Both the position numbers and the translations under genes were made by a program. 64,000 bases of DNA, taken from the IMG/VR virus record IMGVR_UViG_3300027736_001324, positions 62,001 to 126,000 of that record, one strand, 5' to 3'. Positions 11,620 through 21,850 of this stretch are shown here, in pieces. The stretch's first letter is position 1; each line of letters opens with the position of its first letter. Under the pieces are notes generated by a model. The model did no database searches, had not been told where the DNA came from, and saw nothing but the letters and a program-made list of their open reading frames with translations.

Positions 11620-12870
11620 ATGGCATATACAATTGTAAAAAGTAATGGTTCAGTATTAACAACCATTGCTGACGGTACTATTAACACAAATAGTACCTCA
11701 CTAGCATTACCGGGTAGAAACTATGCAGGATATGGTTCCTATCTGGATACCAACTTTGTTCACGCCCTAGAAAATTTTGCAAATGCTTCACCCCCAACAA
11801 ATCCATTACAGGGTCAACTATGGTATAATACTAATGCTAATACATTATGTATTTGTCCAGCTGATGGCACTACTACTGCAAGTTCATGGATCACCCTGGC
11901 ACAATCAGGCAGCGGTGGAACAACAACATTTGGAACAGTTAACGTTACAGGAACATTAACAGCAGGAAATCTTTCTACTGGTGGAACAGTAACCGGGGCA
12001 AATGCAGTAGTTACTAATATATCTGTAAGTGCAAATGCTAATATAACTACCGGAAATCTTACTACCGCTAATATTGGAACAACAAATACTCAACTTATTT
12101 CTACTGGTGCTAATGCTACTAATGGAATACTACAAGGTACTTGGACATTAAACGGCGGTGGCATTGCAGGTAGTGTAGCAGGACTAAGTTTATTAGTTCA
12201 AAATGGTAATCTACAAATTGGAACTGAAGGCAGCACATTAGGAATTAGAACGGACAACTACAGATATGCTAACGGTACTACAGTTAGTTTTGCAGGTACA
12301 TACAACAATAGTAATGTATCTGACTATCTATCAAACGCATCGGTGGCAGGCGGCAGATTTGCAGGATCAATTTACCCGGCTAGTGTAACAACAGCCAATA
12401 TAACTACTGGTGCAAGTGGTACGGCAGGCCAATTTACTGGTAACTGGACATTGACTAGCGGTTCTAGGCTTAATGCAACATACGCTGACTTGGCCGAACG
12501 CTTTGAGGCAGATGCATATTATGATGCAGGAACAGTAGTTGAATTGGGCGGAGAAAAAGAAATCACTAGTGTAAGATACGAATTAAGTGAAGATATATTT
12601 GGTGTTATCTCTGATACTGCTGCTTATTTAATGAATTCAGGTGCAGGAGATAATACAACTCACCCGCCAGTAGCTATGACAGGACGGGTTCAAGTAAAAG
12701 TCACTGGTATAGTAAAGAAAGGTGATCGTTTAGTTAGTGCAGGCAACGGCATAGCACGAGCAGCACAAGCAGGCGAGGCAACTGCGTTTAACGTTATCGG
12801 ACGAGCATTAGAAAATAAAACAACAAATAGCATTGGAACAGTTTTAGCAATTGTTACTGTATCTAAATAA
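11620..12870 (+). CDS. Tail fibre/spike protein with C-terminal intramolecular chaperone (peptidase G2-like) domain
   Basis: N-terminal 'L.GRNYAGYG...NF...LENFA...P..P..GQLWY'; G/T/N-rich shaft; C-terminal 'YADLAERFEAD...GVIS...AMTGRV.VKV...GD.LVS'. Confidence 0.7.
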   Translation: MAYTIVKSNGSVLTTIADGTINTNSTSLALPGRNYAGYGSYLDTNFVHALENFANASPPTNPLQGQLWYNTNANTLCICPADGTTTASSWITLAQSGSGGTTTFGTVNVTGTLTAGNLSTGGTVTGANAVVTNISVSANANITTGNLTTANIGTTNTQLISTGANATNGILQGTWTLNGGGIAGSVAGLSLLVQNGNLQIGTEGSTLGIRTDNYRYANGTTVSFAGTYNNSNVSDYLSNASVAGGRFAGSIYPASVTTANITTGASGTAGQFTGNWTLTSGSRLNATYADLAERFEADAYYDAGTVVELGGEKEITSVRYELSEDIFGVISDTAAYLMNSGAGDNTTHPPVAMTGRVQVKVTGIVKKGDRLVSAGNGIARAAQAGEATAFNVIGRALENKTTNSIGTVLAIVTVSK

Positions 12871-12879
12871 GGATTAAAA

Positions 12880-13818
12880 ATGAGTTACGCACAATACGGA
12901 ACAATCGCAGCATCAGATTATAACACCTTGGTGGGTGGAGATCCGGTCACAAGTTCCGGAACTTTAAATGCAGTCTGGGCAACAGGTGGAACTAATACTG
13001 GGTATGGTCAAACAGCAGAAGCAAATGTGGCGGCGGGTGATTCAGTTACTGCTACAAAATGGGCTAATCTTGTAAATAAAACTGCAAACTCCGCATCGCA
13101 TCAAGGAACATCAATTAGTTCAGTTACTGCACCTGCAGCGGGCGGCACAGTTACTTACTTGTCTGCAATACCAACAAATTTAACTACAATTTATACCAAT
13201 AGATTAAATGCCACAAGTCAAGGTACTACAACTGCTAATACTGCAACTTATGCTAGTACATGGCAAGCAGCATTAACTTTTACACATACTGTAACATTTG
13301 CTAATGCAAATGCTGCTAGGTATTTCTTTAATGCAGGCGGACAACTAAAAGTTACTTGCGCTCATGCAAATACCGCAACTTCTATCAATACATTATATAA
13401 CGGACTAGCATCTAATATTGGTACAGTTGTATTAAGTTCACCCGTTACTGGCTCAATAACTGTGAATAGTGTCTCATTCAACGGTATCACTAAAGTTGGT
13501 GGAGGTGGTAATGCTCCTACTATTAGTACTAATACAGGGTATTATGCACTGACTACTAGTAATGCAAATGTATTCACCCAATTAGCATCAACTGGCCCAT
13601 CAGGATACTTAAGTTCATTCATTCGTATAATCGCTGTAAGTAATGGCTCCCCGGGCGCTACTGTTACTATCTATACAGTTTGGGATGAAGTTCCAGATGG
13701 ATTAACTGTTGGAACAGGCTCTGCTACTACGGTAACTATTGTAGCACCTGAAACAACTTATTTACCTACAGCAAGTTGGGGAACTCCAACCGTATCCGGA
13801 ACAGTAACCGGCTCATAA
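12880..13818 (+). CDS. Virion structural protein (T/A/G/S-rich)
   Basis: Composition, 'ARYFFNAGG' motif, AAGGA RBS, position after the fibre gene. Confidence 0.5.
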   Translation: MSYAQYGTIAASDYNTLVGGDPVTSSGTLNAVWATGGTNTGYGQTAEANVAAGDSVTATKWANLVNKTANSASHQGTSISSVTAPAAGGTVTYLSAIPTNLTTIYTNRLNATSQGTTTANTATYASTWQAALTFTHTVTFANANAARYFFNAGGQLKVTCAHANTATSINTLYNGLASNIGTVVLSSPVTGSITVNSVSFNGITKVGGGGNAPTISTNTGYYALTTSNANVFTQLASTGPSGYLSSFIRIIAVSNGSPGATVTIYTVWDEVPDGLTVGTGSATTVTIVAPETTYLPTASWGTPTVSGTVTGS

Positions 13819-13830
13819 TTTTTCACATCA

Positions 13831-13878
13831 TCTTTGTATCCATCTAAATACTCATAGGAGTACTCATGGATACAAAGA
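13831..13878 (+). promoter_or_regulatory. Late promoter (TAAATA 13845-13850) inside a 13-bp perfect inverted repeat that masks the start codon
   Basis: tctttgtatccat (13831-13843) is the reverse complement of atggatacaaaga (13866-13878). Confidence 0.7.
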
Positions 13879-14171
13879 CATTAATAAGTGAAGCTAAAGC
13901 CCGCTTCAATCATAACTCAGCTAAAGCCTATCTAAAAGACAAATACGACAGTAAATTTATTGTTGCTGATCAAAATGGACTTTGGCGCGCCAATCTAGAA
14001 ACCATTAACTTCTTAAATTCTTCTACTGAAGAATGGGTAATACTAATAGACACCTTTGATAATCCAGTTAAAGTAAAACGAGTAGATTTGCTAAGTAAAC
14101 TTTCTGATACTTACAAAATCACAATGGAAGAATGGTATAACGAATGGGCTGAATTAGAGAAGAAAAGATGA
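13866..14171 (+). CDS. Hypothetical protein, first gene of the glycan cluster
   Basis: AGGAG RBS; ATGA overlap with the next gene. Confidence 0.7.
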   Translation: MDTKTLISEAKARFNHNSAKAYLKDKYDSKFIVADQNGLWRANLETINFLNSSTEEWVILIDTFDNPVKVKRVDLLSKLSDTYKITMEEWYNEWAELEKKR

Positions 14172-14974
14172 GTAGAGGCGTATTACTTTTTGCATTCAAT
14201 AGCCCAAAATATAACTACTACAAAATGGCAGTAGCAACTGCTAAACGAGTAAATCACTTTTTGGATCTACCTGTTACAATCGTAACAGATAATGATTCAT
14301 TGCCTGAACAACAAACATATACATTTGATAAGGTTATCATAGCTGATGCTGATAAAACCAATAAAAGAGATTGGGGGATATGGTTCAACAAAGGTAGATA
14401 TCGTGCATATGCATTAAGTCCATATGATGAAACTATATTGCTAGACACAGATTACATGGTCAACTCAGACAAATTATTAAAGACATTTGATTTACTAACA
14501 GACTTTTGCTGCCACGATACTACTAGTTTTATTATGTACCCAAACGCCGAACAAGAACTATTGAGTGGTCGTAGCTTTAACACATTGTGGGCTACTGTAA
14601 TTATGTTTAAGAAAACAAAAAGAGTAGAACAAATATTCAATTGCTTAGAAATGGTTCAAAAGAACTTTGAACATTACTCAAATATACACGGATTCATATC
14701 ATCTACCTTTCGCAACGATTACGGATTGACACTAGCAACAAGAATAGTTAACGGACATCTTACTACTAAAGAAGATGTAATCCCATGGAACTTATTACAT
14801 GTGGGAAAAAACACAGTAGTGTACAGAAACAATGATGATGAATTTAATAATGAATATACAGTAATGTTTGATAATTGGAACCGCGGAAAGATTCGTAAAG
14901 AATATATCACTATCAAAGATACTGATTTTCATGTTATGAACAAAGAAAACTTTATGGAGCTGATAAGTGAATAA
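14168..14974 (+). CDS. Glycosyltransferase-like protein (GT-A fold)
   Basis: 'GVLLFAFN' first strand; 'LSPYDETILLDTD' DxD motif. Confidence 0.6.
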   Translation: MSRGVLLFAFNSPKYNYYKMAVATAKRVNHFLDLPVTIVTDNDSLPEQQTYTFDKVIIADADKTNKRDWGIWFNKGRYRAYALSPYDETILLDTDYMVNSDKLLKTFDLLTDFCCHDTTSFIMYPNAEQELLSGRSFNTLWATVIMFKKTKRVEQIFNCLEMVQKNFEHYSNIHGFISSTFRNDYGLTLATRIVNGHLTTKEDVIPWNLLHVGKNTVVYRNNDDEFNNEYTVMFDNWNRGKIRKEYITIKDTDFHVMNKENFMELISE

Positions 14975-15707
14975 AGGTTTTGTAATAATGGCTCAGGATA
15001 CCGAGAAAACAAGCTATACTAAGTGTGCTGAAACATTAAAGAAAAGTATATTAAGAGTAATGCCAGACGCTAGCATCACTATTATAACTAGTGATATGTT
15101 GCCCTACGGTGATCTAGGTGGCTTTGCAAATGATTGGCAAGTATATGAAGCTAGTCCATATGATTATACAATCAAGTTAGAAGCGGATATGTATATCCCG
15201 CGCAACATAGACCATTGGTGGGATGTACTCAACCACAGAGATGTTGTAGTTTCAAGTACAATTAGAAATTTCATGCAGGAGATATCTGATGTAAGGGTGT
15301 ATCGCAGATTCATTGATGATAACAATTTGCCAGACGTATATAATGCAATCACTTATTTTAAGAAATCTGATGTGGCTAACCAATTCTTTAGTATAGTTAA
15401 AGACATATTTGAGAACTGGGAAGAATACAAAAAGATATTGAAATGCAACCAAACAGAATTAGTTACTACAGACTGGGTTTATTCTATTGCTTGTCATATT
15501 ATGGGAGTAGAAAAAACTACAATGCCTACGTTTAATGAGATGAGCATGGTGCATATGAAAGCATTTGTTAATAATAATGTGACTGAAAACTGGACTGATA
15601 CTTTTGTATATGAATGCTTGCCCGATCAGATTAGAGTACAGACAGTTCCGCAGCAATATCCATTTCACTATCATGTGAAGAACTTTTGTGATAAAATAGT
15701 AATATGA
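14967..15707 (+). CDS. Glycosyltransferase-like protein, paralog of the upstream gene
   Basis: 'KGFVIMAQ'; 'ASPYDYTIKLEAD' (ExD variant); 'HYH' near the C-terminus. Confidence 0.6.
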   Translation: MNKGFVIMAQDTEKTSYTKCAETLKKSILRVMPDASITIITSDMLPYGDLGGFANDWQVYEASPYDYTIKLEADMYIPRNIDHWWDVLNHRDVVVSSTIRNFMQEISDVRVYRRFIDDNNLPDVYNAITYFKKSDVANQFFSIVKDIFENWEEYKKILKCNQTELVTTDWVYSIACHIMGVEKTTMPTFNEMSMVHMKAFVNNNVTENWTDTFVYECLPDQIRVQTVPQQYPFHYHVKNFCDKIVI

Positions 15708-16039
15708 CCGAAGAAGATTATATTATTATTTGGGAAGCACCTAAATTAATACCGCCGGAGTATAGATTATATTATGATGACAAGGGTAAAGTAATTTGCT
15801 ATTCAGGAGATAAATCGGTAGAGGGCAAGTACATTGTTATTGATGCACAAACTTTTGTTGAAGCAAGACCTGATCTAGTGGTTATCGATGAAAAACTATC
15901 CCGTGCTAGACCAAACGCAATGGTAAGTAAATTGATGCCTGACGATAGTGAAGGGGTCACTTGTCATCCAGAAGATATGAGTATAATAGTTGATGATGCC
16001 AATCACATTAAATGGAAATTAAATATATATGAACTCTAA
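15704..16039 (+). CDS. Hypothetical protein
   Basis: Overlaps both neighbours, consistent with translational coupling. Confidence 0.65.
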   Translation: MTEEDYIIIWEAPKLIPPEYRLYYDDKGKVICYSGDKSVEGKYIVIDAQTFVEARPDLVVIDEKLSRARPNAMVSKLMPDDSEGVTCHPEDMSIIVDDANHIKWKLNIYEL

Positions 16040-16979
16040 TATCGTAGATGTGGCAGACTTGGATTGTATCTATCTAAGTTATGATGAGCCACAGAAAGAA
16101 GAATTCTGGCTTAAGATAAAGAACATGGTTCCCTGGGCAAAGCGTGTTGATAGTGTTAAAGGTAGTGATGCCGCACATAAAGCCGCAGCAGAAGAATCTG
16201 ATACCGAAAGATTTATTCTTATTGATGGTGATAATATGCCTAATGAGAATTTCTTTAATATACAATTAGACTTTACTGATAAAGGTTCTGAATATCAGCT
16301 AGCACAATATCGTTGGAAAGCTGTTAATAGTATTAACGGACTACGTTATGGCAATGGCGGCATGAGTAGCTGGACTAAAACTTATGTGCGTGAAATGAAA
16401 ACTCACGAAAATCAAAAAGACGGAGATGTAGCACGTATTGCTGATTTCTGTATGGATGGAAAAGATAATTTATATTGGGCAATGCATGATTGTTATTCTA
16501 CTACTTATCCTAATTATACTCCGTTTCAAGCGTGGCGTGCTGGATTCCGAGAAGGAGTAAAAATGGTTCTTGATAAAGGTGCAAGACCTGATATTGACAC
16601 TTTTAAAGAAACTGTTGCTAGTCGCAACTTAAACAATTTAACAATCTGGCATAACGTAGGTGCTGATGTTGAGAATGGCATGTGGGCTATCTATGGTGCA
16701 AGACTTGGAACATATATGACTATGTTAACTGAGTGGGATCACGCAAATGTTCAATGGTTTGATAACTATATAACACTTTGGGAAGAACAAGAATACAGAG
16801 ATCCAGAACGTGAAGCAACATTGATTGGTGAAGCATTAAATGATAAACTAGGATTGCCAATGTGTACATTGAGTAGCGAACAAAGCAAATTCTTTAAGCG
16901 ACACTATAATGCTGATAAGTACAATATCGGTCCATTGATAAGAGAGATGGATGTAATAAGAAAGATTGAGGGTTGGTAA
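16029..16979 (+). CDS. GT2-like glycosyltransferase-family protein
   Basis: 'IYLSYDEP', 'GSDAAHKAAA', 'FILIDGDN' DxD, 'AWRAGFREGVKM'. Confidence 0.6.
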   Translation: MNSNIVDVADLDCIYLSYDEPQKEEFWLKIKNMVPWAKRVDSVKGSDAAHKAAAEESDTERFILIDGDNMPNENFFNIQLDFTDKGSEYQLAQYRWKAVNSINGLRYGNGGMSSWTKTYVREMKTHENQKDGDVARIADFCMDGKDNLYWAMHDCYSTTYPNYTPFQAWRAGFREGVKMVLDKGARPDIDTFKETVASRNLNNLTIWHNVGADVENGMWAIYGARLGTYMTMLTEWDHANVQWFDNYITLWEEQEYRDPEREATLIGEALNDKLGLPMCTLSSEQSKFFKRHYNADKYNIGPLIREMDVIRKIEGW

Positions 16980-18550
16980 TGAAAAAGCTAGATGATGTAA
17001 TTTGGATAAAAAATAATTCCGGTGATATTGTTTCTAATAAAGAAAATGTAGAAACTGTAAAAAATCTATTAAATGACACTGGATGTGGATTTTGTTTAGC
17101 AAAGTTTACACAAGTCACTATGCATTTGGGTACAGGATTAGTACATTCATGTCATCATCCAAAAGCACATGTTGTGCCATTGGAAGAATTAGAAAATAAC
17201 CCGGCTGCATTGTTTAATACAAGCAAGTTAAAAAAAGCACGAAAACAAATGTTGTCCGGCGAGAAACCAAGTGAGTGTGATTATTGCTGGCGCGTAGAAG
17301 ATAGAAATAGTCCAAGTGACAGATACTTCAAGAGCCTTGAAAATTGGGCATTATCAAGTCATGATATGGTACTTGATAATGGACATGAGATTGATTACTA
17401 TCCTACTTACTTAGAGGTTGACTTTAGCAACGTATGTAATTTTAGCTGTATCTATTGCGGGCCTGAGTATAGTAGCATTTGGGTAGAAGATTTAAAAAGA
17501 AACGGTCCAGTTAAAGTATTAGATAATACAAGCAAGGTACAATGGGTACAGGGATGGCAAGACTTAGATTCTATTACATATAAGAACAGAGAACATAATC
17601 CATATGTTGAAGCATTTTGGAAATGGTTCCCCGATGCATATAAGAAACTTAAGTTTTACCGTATTACGGGTGGAGAGCCATTACTAAGCAAAGAAACATT
17701 TAGAAGTATTGATTGGCTCATTGAGAATCCAAATACTGAATTAGATTTCAGTATTAACAGTAACATGGGTGTACCAGATAAGTTATGGTATTCATTTTTA
17801 GATAAGATAAAAGTATTAGCAAATGGAAATTATGTTAAGAAATTTACCTTGTTTACAAGCGTTGATGCCTGGGGAGAGAAAGCAGAATATCTACGCCCTG
17901 GATTAGATTTTGAATTATTCAAAAAACGATATGAAGAAGTCCTACAAATTGGTGGTGTAAGATGCGTAATCATGTGTACATTTAATCTATTGAGTGTTAC
18001 TAGTATACAAAAGTTATTAGAATGGCAGTCTGAGTTACGAAGCAAATATAATGTTGACAGAGAGTTGTTACATTTAGAAACACAATTTGGTGTTAATCTA
18101 GGTGGAGAAATTTCTCATACTGAAAGAAACAAATTATCCGGTGAGCATTTTGCAATAGTTGGTATTGATATTCCGTATCTGCGTCATCCTCAATGTTTAG
18201 ATGCACATTTCTCGGATAAAAATTTGATTGAGAAATATTTAGTGCCGGCGATTAATTTCATGGCAAAAAACACAGGAAGTTCGCATTGGGGATTACATCA
18301 AGGGTATGAGTCATATGAAGTTGAAAAAATGAAAAGAAATGTATTTGATATAATTCATTTCAATTCAATACATGATGAAGAAAATCCAGTTGTAGTTGAA
18401 GGTAGGGCGAAGTTTTATGATTTTGTTAATGATATGGATAGGCGGCATGGTAAAAATTTCGTAGATGTCTTCCCAGAGTTTAAATCATTTTATGAAAAAT
18501 GTAGACAAAACAAAAACGACATATTAAAAGAGGAACATAAACTACCATGA
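16979..18550 (+). CDS. Radical SAM protein with N-terminal Cys-rich (twitch/SPASM-like) domain
   Basis: CNFSCIYC (CxxxCxxC), 'TGGEPL', N-terminal 'FCLAKF...HSCHH...ECDYCW'. Start taken at the ATG overlapping the upstream TAA. Confidence 0.85.
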   Translation: MKKLDDVIWIKNNSGDIVSNKENVETVKNLLNDTGCGFCLAKFTQVTMHLGTGLVHSCHHPKAHVVPLEELENNPAALFNTSKLKKARKQMLSGEKPSECDYCWRVEDRNSPSDRYFKSLENWALSSHDMVLDNGHEIDYYPTYLEVDFSNVCNFSCIYCGPEYSSIWVEDLKRNGPVKVLDNTSKVQWVQGWQDLDSITYKNREHNPYVEAFWKWFPDAYKKLKFYRITGGEPLLSKETFRSIDWLIENPNTELDFSINSNMGVPDKLWYSFLDKIKVLANGNYVKKFTLFTSVDAWGEKAEYLRPGLDFELFKKRYEEVLQIGGVRCVIMCTFNLLSVTSIQKLLEWQSELRSKYNVDRELLHLETQFGVNLGGEISHTERNKLSGEHFAIVGIDIPYLRHPQCLDAHFSDKNLIEKYLVPAINFMAKNTGSSHWGLHQGYESYEVEKMKRNVFDIIHFNSIHDEENPVVVEGRAKFYDFVNDMDRRHGKNFVDVFPEFKSFYEKCRQNKNDILKEEHKLP

Positions 18551-19323
18551 GAGTAGCATTATGTATTAGTGGTCAGCCTAGAACATGGGAAAAATGCTAT
18601 CAAAATTGGATAGATAGTATTCTTCCCGGCGCAGAGAAAGACGTTTTTTTTCATTTATGGGATTACAATTCATTACCTAGTATAATTAATACTATCCCGG
18701 GCGCACCGACAAACTATAATAAAAAAATATCTGAGGATGAGAAAAATCTAATTGTGGATACATTAAAGCCAAAGAAGCATAAATTTGATAATAAGGAAAT
18801 TCCAAATCGTAGTGATGATCCTAGTTTTATTAATGAATTTGTTAAAACTCCTTTGGGATGGTGGTGCAGAGGACAATATTATAGTTTATGGTATGCTGCT
18901 CAATTAAAACGACAATATGAATTAGAAAATAACTTTGATTATGATGTAGTATTCAGATTGAGAACTGATTTGATTTTTACAGAACCAGTTATATTACCTG
19001 AAAAAGTTGAATATAATTCTATATATTCTACAAATAATGGATGGATGGAAAATGTTGGAACTTTTATGATAGGTGATACTTTTTATTTTGCTGATAGTTT
19101 TACCTACGATCAAATATCTCAATTTATACATGGATTAGATTTTATCGACACATTTAATGTAGTTGATTCACATATAACTTTTCACCCACCTGAAGTTGCG
19201 TTTTATCCTTTTATTAAATCACTTGGAATAAAAAACATAAATTCACCGCAGCATTTTAAAATAGCAAGAACACAAGAATATCTTGACATTAAGAAAGAAT
19301 TAGGTTCGTATGAAATCATATAA
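18547..19323 (+). CDS. Putative glycosyltransferase, 'A(V/L)CxSGxxR' family, paralog 1
   Basis: MRVALCISGQPR...FFHLW...YDVVFRLRTD. Confidence 0.6.
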   Translation: MRVALCISGQPRTWEKCYQNWIDSILPGAEKDVFFHLWDYNSLPSIINTIPGAPTNYNKKISEDEKNLIVDTLKPKKHKFDNKEIPNRSDDPSFINEFVKTPLGWWCRGQYYSLWYAAQLKRQYELENNFDYDVVFRLRTDLIFTEPVILPEKVEYNSIYSTNNGWMENVGTFMIGDTFYFADSFTYDQISQFIHGLDFIDTFNVVDSHITFHPPEVAFYPFIKSLGIKNINSPQHFKIARTQEYLDIKKELGSYEII

Positions 19324-20062
19324 TATTGCTGTTTGTTTTAGTGGTCAAATTAGGACCGGGGTTTATGCTGCACCAAATATAAAAAGATTTATAGGTGATT
19401 TATGGGACAATTGTGATTTTTTTATACACACGTGGAATGTTTCTAATGAAAAGCCTACTCCTAAACAAGCTAAAGATGGAAATATGTTTGGTGATGCGCA
19501 GGAAATAGATTTTGAAACACTTAATAAAATTTATAATTTTAAAAAAATAAACATTACCCCGAGAATTCTATTGGACATGGGACTATGGCTGTCTTGGCTA
19601 CTAAGTGTACATTTAAAACAACAACATGAAATAGAAAATAATAAAAAATATGATTATGTTGTGAAGTTAAGACCTGATATGATTTATCGCAACTCATTAA
19701 CGCTAGATGATATGATTAAAAATACTTCATCTAAATCGGTTTCTGTAATGGAAACTTTTATATACGACGGTGATCAAATTACCGATGATTCATTGTATAT
19801 TGCTGATTCAACAACTATGGATCTATTTGTAAATTTTGTAAATGAATTACCCCATCTAACTCCTCACAAGACACCCCATCATGCTTTATATAATTATGCA
19901 ATAGAACACGGTATCATCATTAATGATTTAAAATGCGGATATTTTTCTGGTAACTACACTATATTAAGACAACCCTGTATATCGTATTGTACGTTGACTG
20001 AATTTGAAAAATGTGAAAAAATGGATAAGTTAATATATTATCCTGGAATGGCTAACAGATAA
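19310..20062 (+). CDS. Putative glycosyltransferase, same family, paralog 2
   Basis: IAVCFSGQIR...FIHTW...YDYVVKLRPD. Confidence 0.6.
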   Translation: MKSYNIAVCFSGQIRTGVYAAPNIKRFIGDLWDNCDFFIHTWNVSNEKPTPKQAKDGNMFGDAQEIDFETLNKIYNFKKINITPRILLDMGLWLSWLLSVHLKQQHEIENNKKYDYVVKLRPDMIYRNSLTLDDMIKNTSSKSVSVMETFIYDGDQITDDSLYIADSTTMDLFVNFVNELPHLTPHKTPHHALYNYAIEHGIIINDLKCGYFSGNYTILRQPCISYCTLTEFEKCEKMDKLIYYPGMANR

Positions 20063-21036
20063 TGAAAATTGCTGTTTGTTTTAGCGGAGAACCAAGAACC
20101 TGGAAACATACCGCCGCCGCAATTAAATATTTTTTTAGTAGCGATGTACATGATTATAAATTTTTTGGACATGCATGGAATAGCAGTTATTTTAATAAAG
20201 AACGTCAATCTGCTATGAACTCTGTTATGAATTCTTTTAAATCATCCACTGTATCCACTGCAACACCGGAACAGTTATTATATAAAAATATTTTAATAAA
20301 TAAATTTAAAAATCGTAATGTACAGACAATAAGTAATTGGCAAGAGCAGTATGAGAACAAAACCCTAGCAGACAATTTAATTGATACTTTTGGAATGACT
20401 GATGTGTTAGTTGAAGATAAATTGGTTGTTACTGAAGCTATGTCAAAAGATGAACTCATTGATCCCAACCTGAGGATTAACATTCCTAGAGCCACTATGG
20501 CTAATATGCGAAAACCGACCGGATGGGCGTATCTATCTTATACTAAGATGAGGGCTAATGCGTTAAAAACTAAATATGAATTAGCAAACGAAATGCAATT
20601 TGATGTAGTAGTAAGTGCTAGGTATGATGTATGTTACCCTCCTGAAGCAAAATTTGATCATTTATTGAACTATCACGGGAAACTTCTCCCTATTGCAGTA
20701 TACGGCGAAACTAATTATTATCCCAACGAATTCTTTTTGCCGCATATAAATGAGTTATTGTATTTTGGAAATAGCAGAGTTATGAACATAGTTGACGATT
20801 TTTATCGTTATTATGCCTCAGGAAAATTTTGGGAAATGACAAATGAACCGTTTACTGACAGTTCATTGAAATTCTGTGGATATGGTCCTAATTTGTATCG
20901 TTGGCTTACTATGAAAAACATATTAATGGTTAGTAAATTTAACCCATATGGTGTTTTTAGAAAAACAGCGGAACATTTAACATGGCCCCAAGACTGGGAT
21001 AAAATCCTTAAGGCTAACTCTAATTTGTTTACATAA
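20062..21036 (+). CDS. Putative glycosyltransferase, same family, paralog 3
   Basis: MKIAVCFSGEPR...FGHAW...FDVVVSARYD. Confidence 0.6.
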   Translation: MKIAVCFSGEPRTWKHTAAAIKYFFSSDVHDYKFFGHAWNSSYFNKERQSAMNSVMNSFKSSTVSTATPEQLLYKNILINKFKNRNVQTISNWQEQYENKTLADNLIDTFGMTDVLVEDKLVVTEAMSKDELIDPNLRINIPRATMANMRKPTGWAYLSYTKMRANALKTKYELANEMQFDVVVSARYDVCYPPEAKFDHLLNYHGKLLPIAVYGETNYYPNEFFLPHINELLYFGNSRVMNIVDDFYRYYASGKFWEMTNEPFTDSSLKFCGYGPNLYRWLTMKNILMVSKFNPYGVFRKTAEHLTWPQDWDKILKANSNLFT

Positions 21037-21052
21037 CGTAACTGAAAGTAAT

Positions 21053-21850
21053 ATGATTAATCACTTATATACTAATGGTTGTAGCTGGACAGCAGGCAAC
21101 GGAATTGATTTTGATCCATTATTAGCACATATACGTTACCCAGAAAAATATAATTATTTAAATAAATTAAATTGGCCCAGTCAACTAGCAGATCACTTAA
21201 ACATTCTTTTTACTAATGAAGGTATGGGAGCCGGAAGTAATAAAAGAATAATTCGTACAACTTACGATTTTTTAAGAAATTATCCCAAGCAAGAATATAA
21301 AAATTTACTGGTAGTGTTGGGATGGACATCAGTTGATCGTAGTGAAATGTATTTCAAAGAAAATGAAAATTTAAAAGGCTGGTGCATGTTTAATGCATCT
21401 CAGCCTGCAAGTAGTCATGGTTTACTATTTCGTCCAAATTTCTCATCAAACTTTTTGGCTAGCATGGATCAATGGCAAAAACAATATATTACTGATTTTT
21501 TTGATGAATATCCTAATTATTCATATTATTTTCAAGAAATGTATTTAATGAGTAATTTGCTAGAAAATTTAGGAATTAAATATATATTCTTTAGTAGTTT
21601 GCCATGGAAAAATACAATATATAGCGCAGAAAATATTTTAGAATTATTTGAACAAGAAATCAAAGAACTCAAAAAACCAAATATTTTGCAAACAAGAGAG
21701 TGTGATGATTCATTAAATGTAATGTCAAATTTTTGTTTGAAAAATAATTTACCAATGGCACCGGATAATCATCCAATGATTGAAGGACATGCTAAATGGG
21801 CTATGCATTTATTCAATGAAATTAAAGGTATTTATCCAAATGACATTTAA
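21053..21850 (+). CDS. SGNH/GDSL-like hydrolase or acyltransferase
   Basis: 'NGCSWT' block I, 'GAGSN', 'GWTSVDR', C-terminal 'DNHP'. Confidence 0.7.
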   Translation: MINHLYTNGCSWTAGNGIDFDPLLAHIRYPEKYNYLNKLNWPSQLADHLNILFTNEGMGAGSNKRIIRTTYDFLRNYPKQEYKNLLVVLGWTSVDRSEMYFKENENLKGWCMFNASQPASSHGLLFRPNFSSNFLASMDQWQKQYITDFFDEYPNYSYYFQEMYLMSNLLENLGIKYIFFSSLPWKNTIYSAENILELFEQEIKELKKPNILQTRECDDSLNVMSNFCLKNNLPMAPDNHPMIEGHAKWAMHLFNEIKGIYPNDI

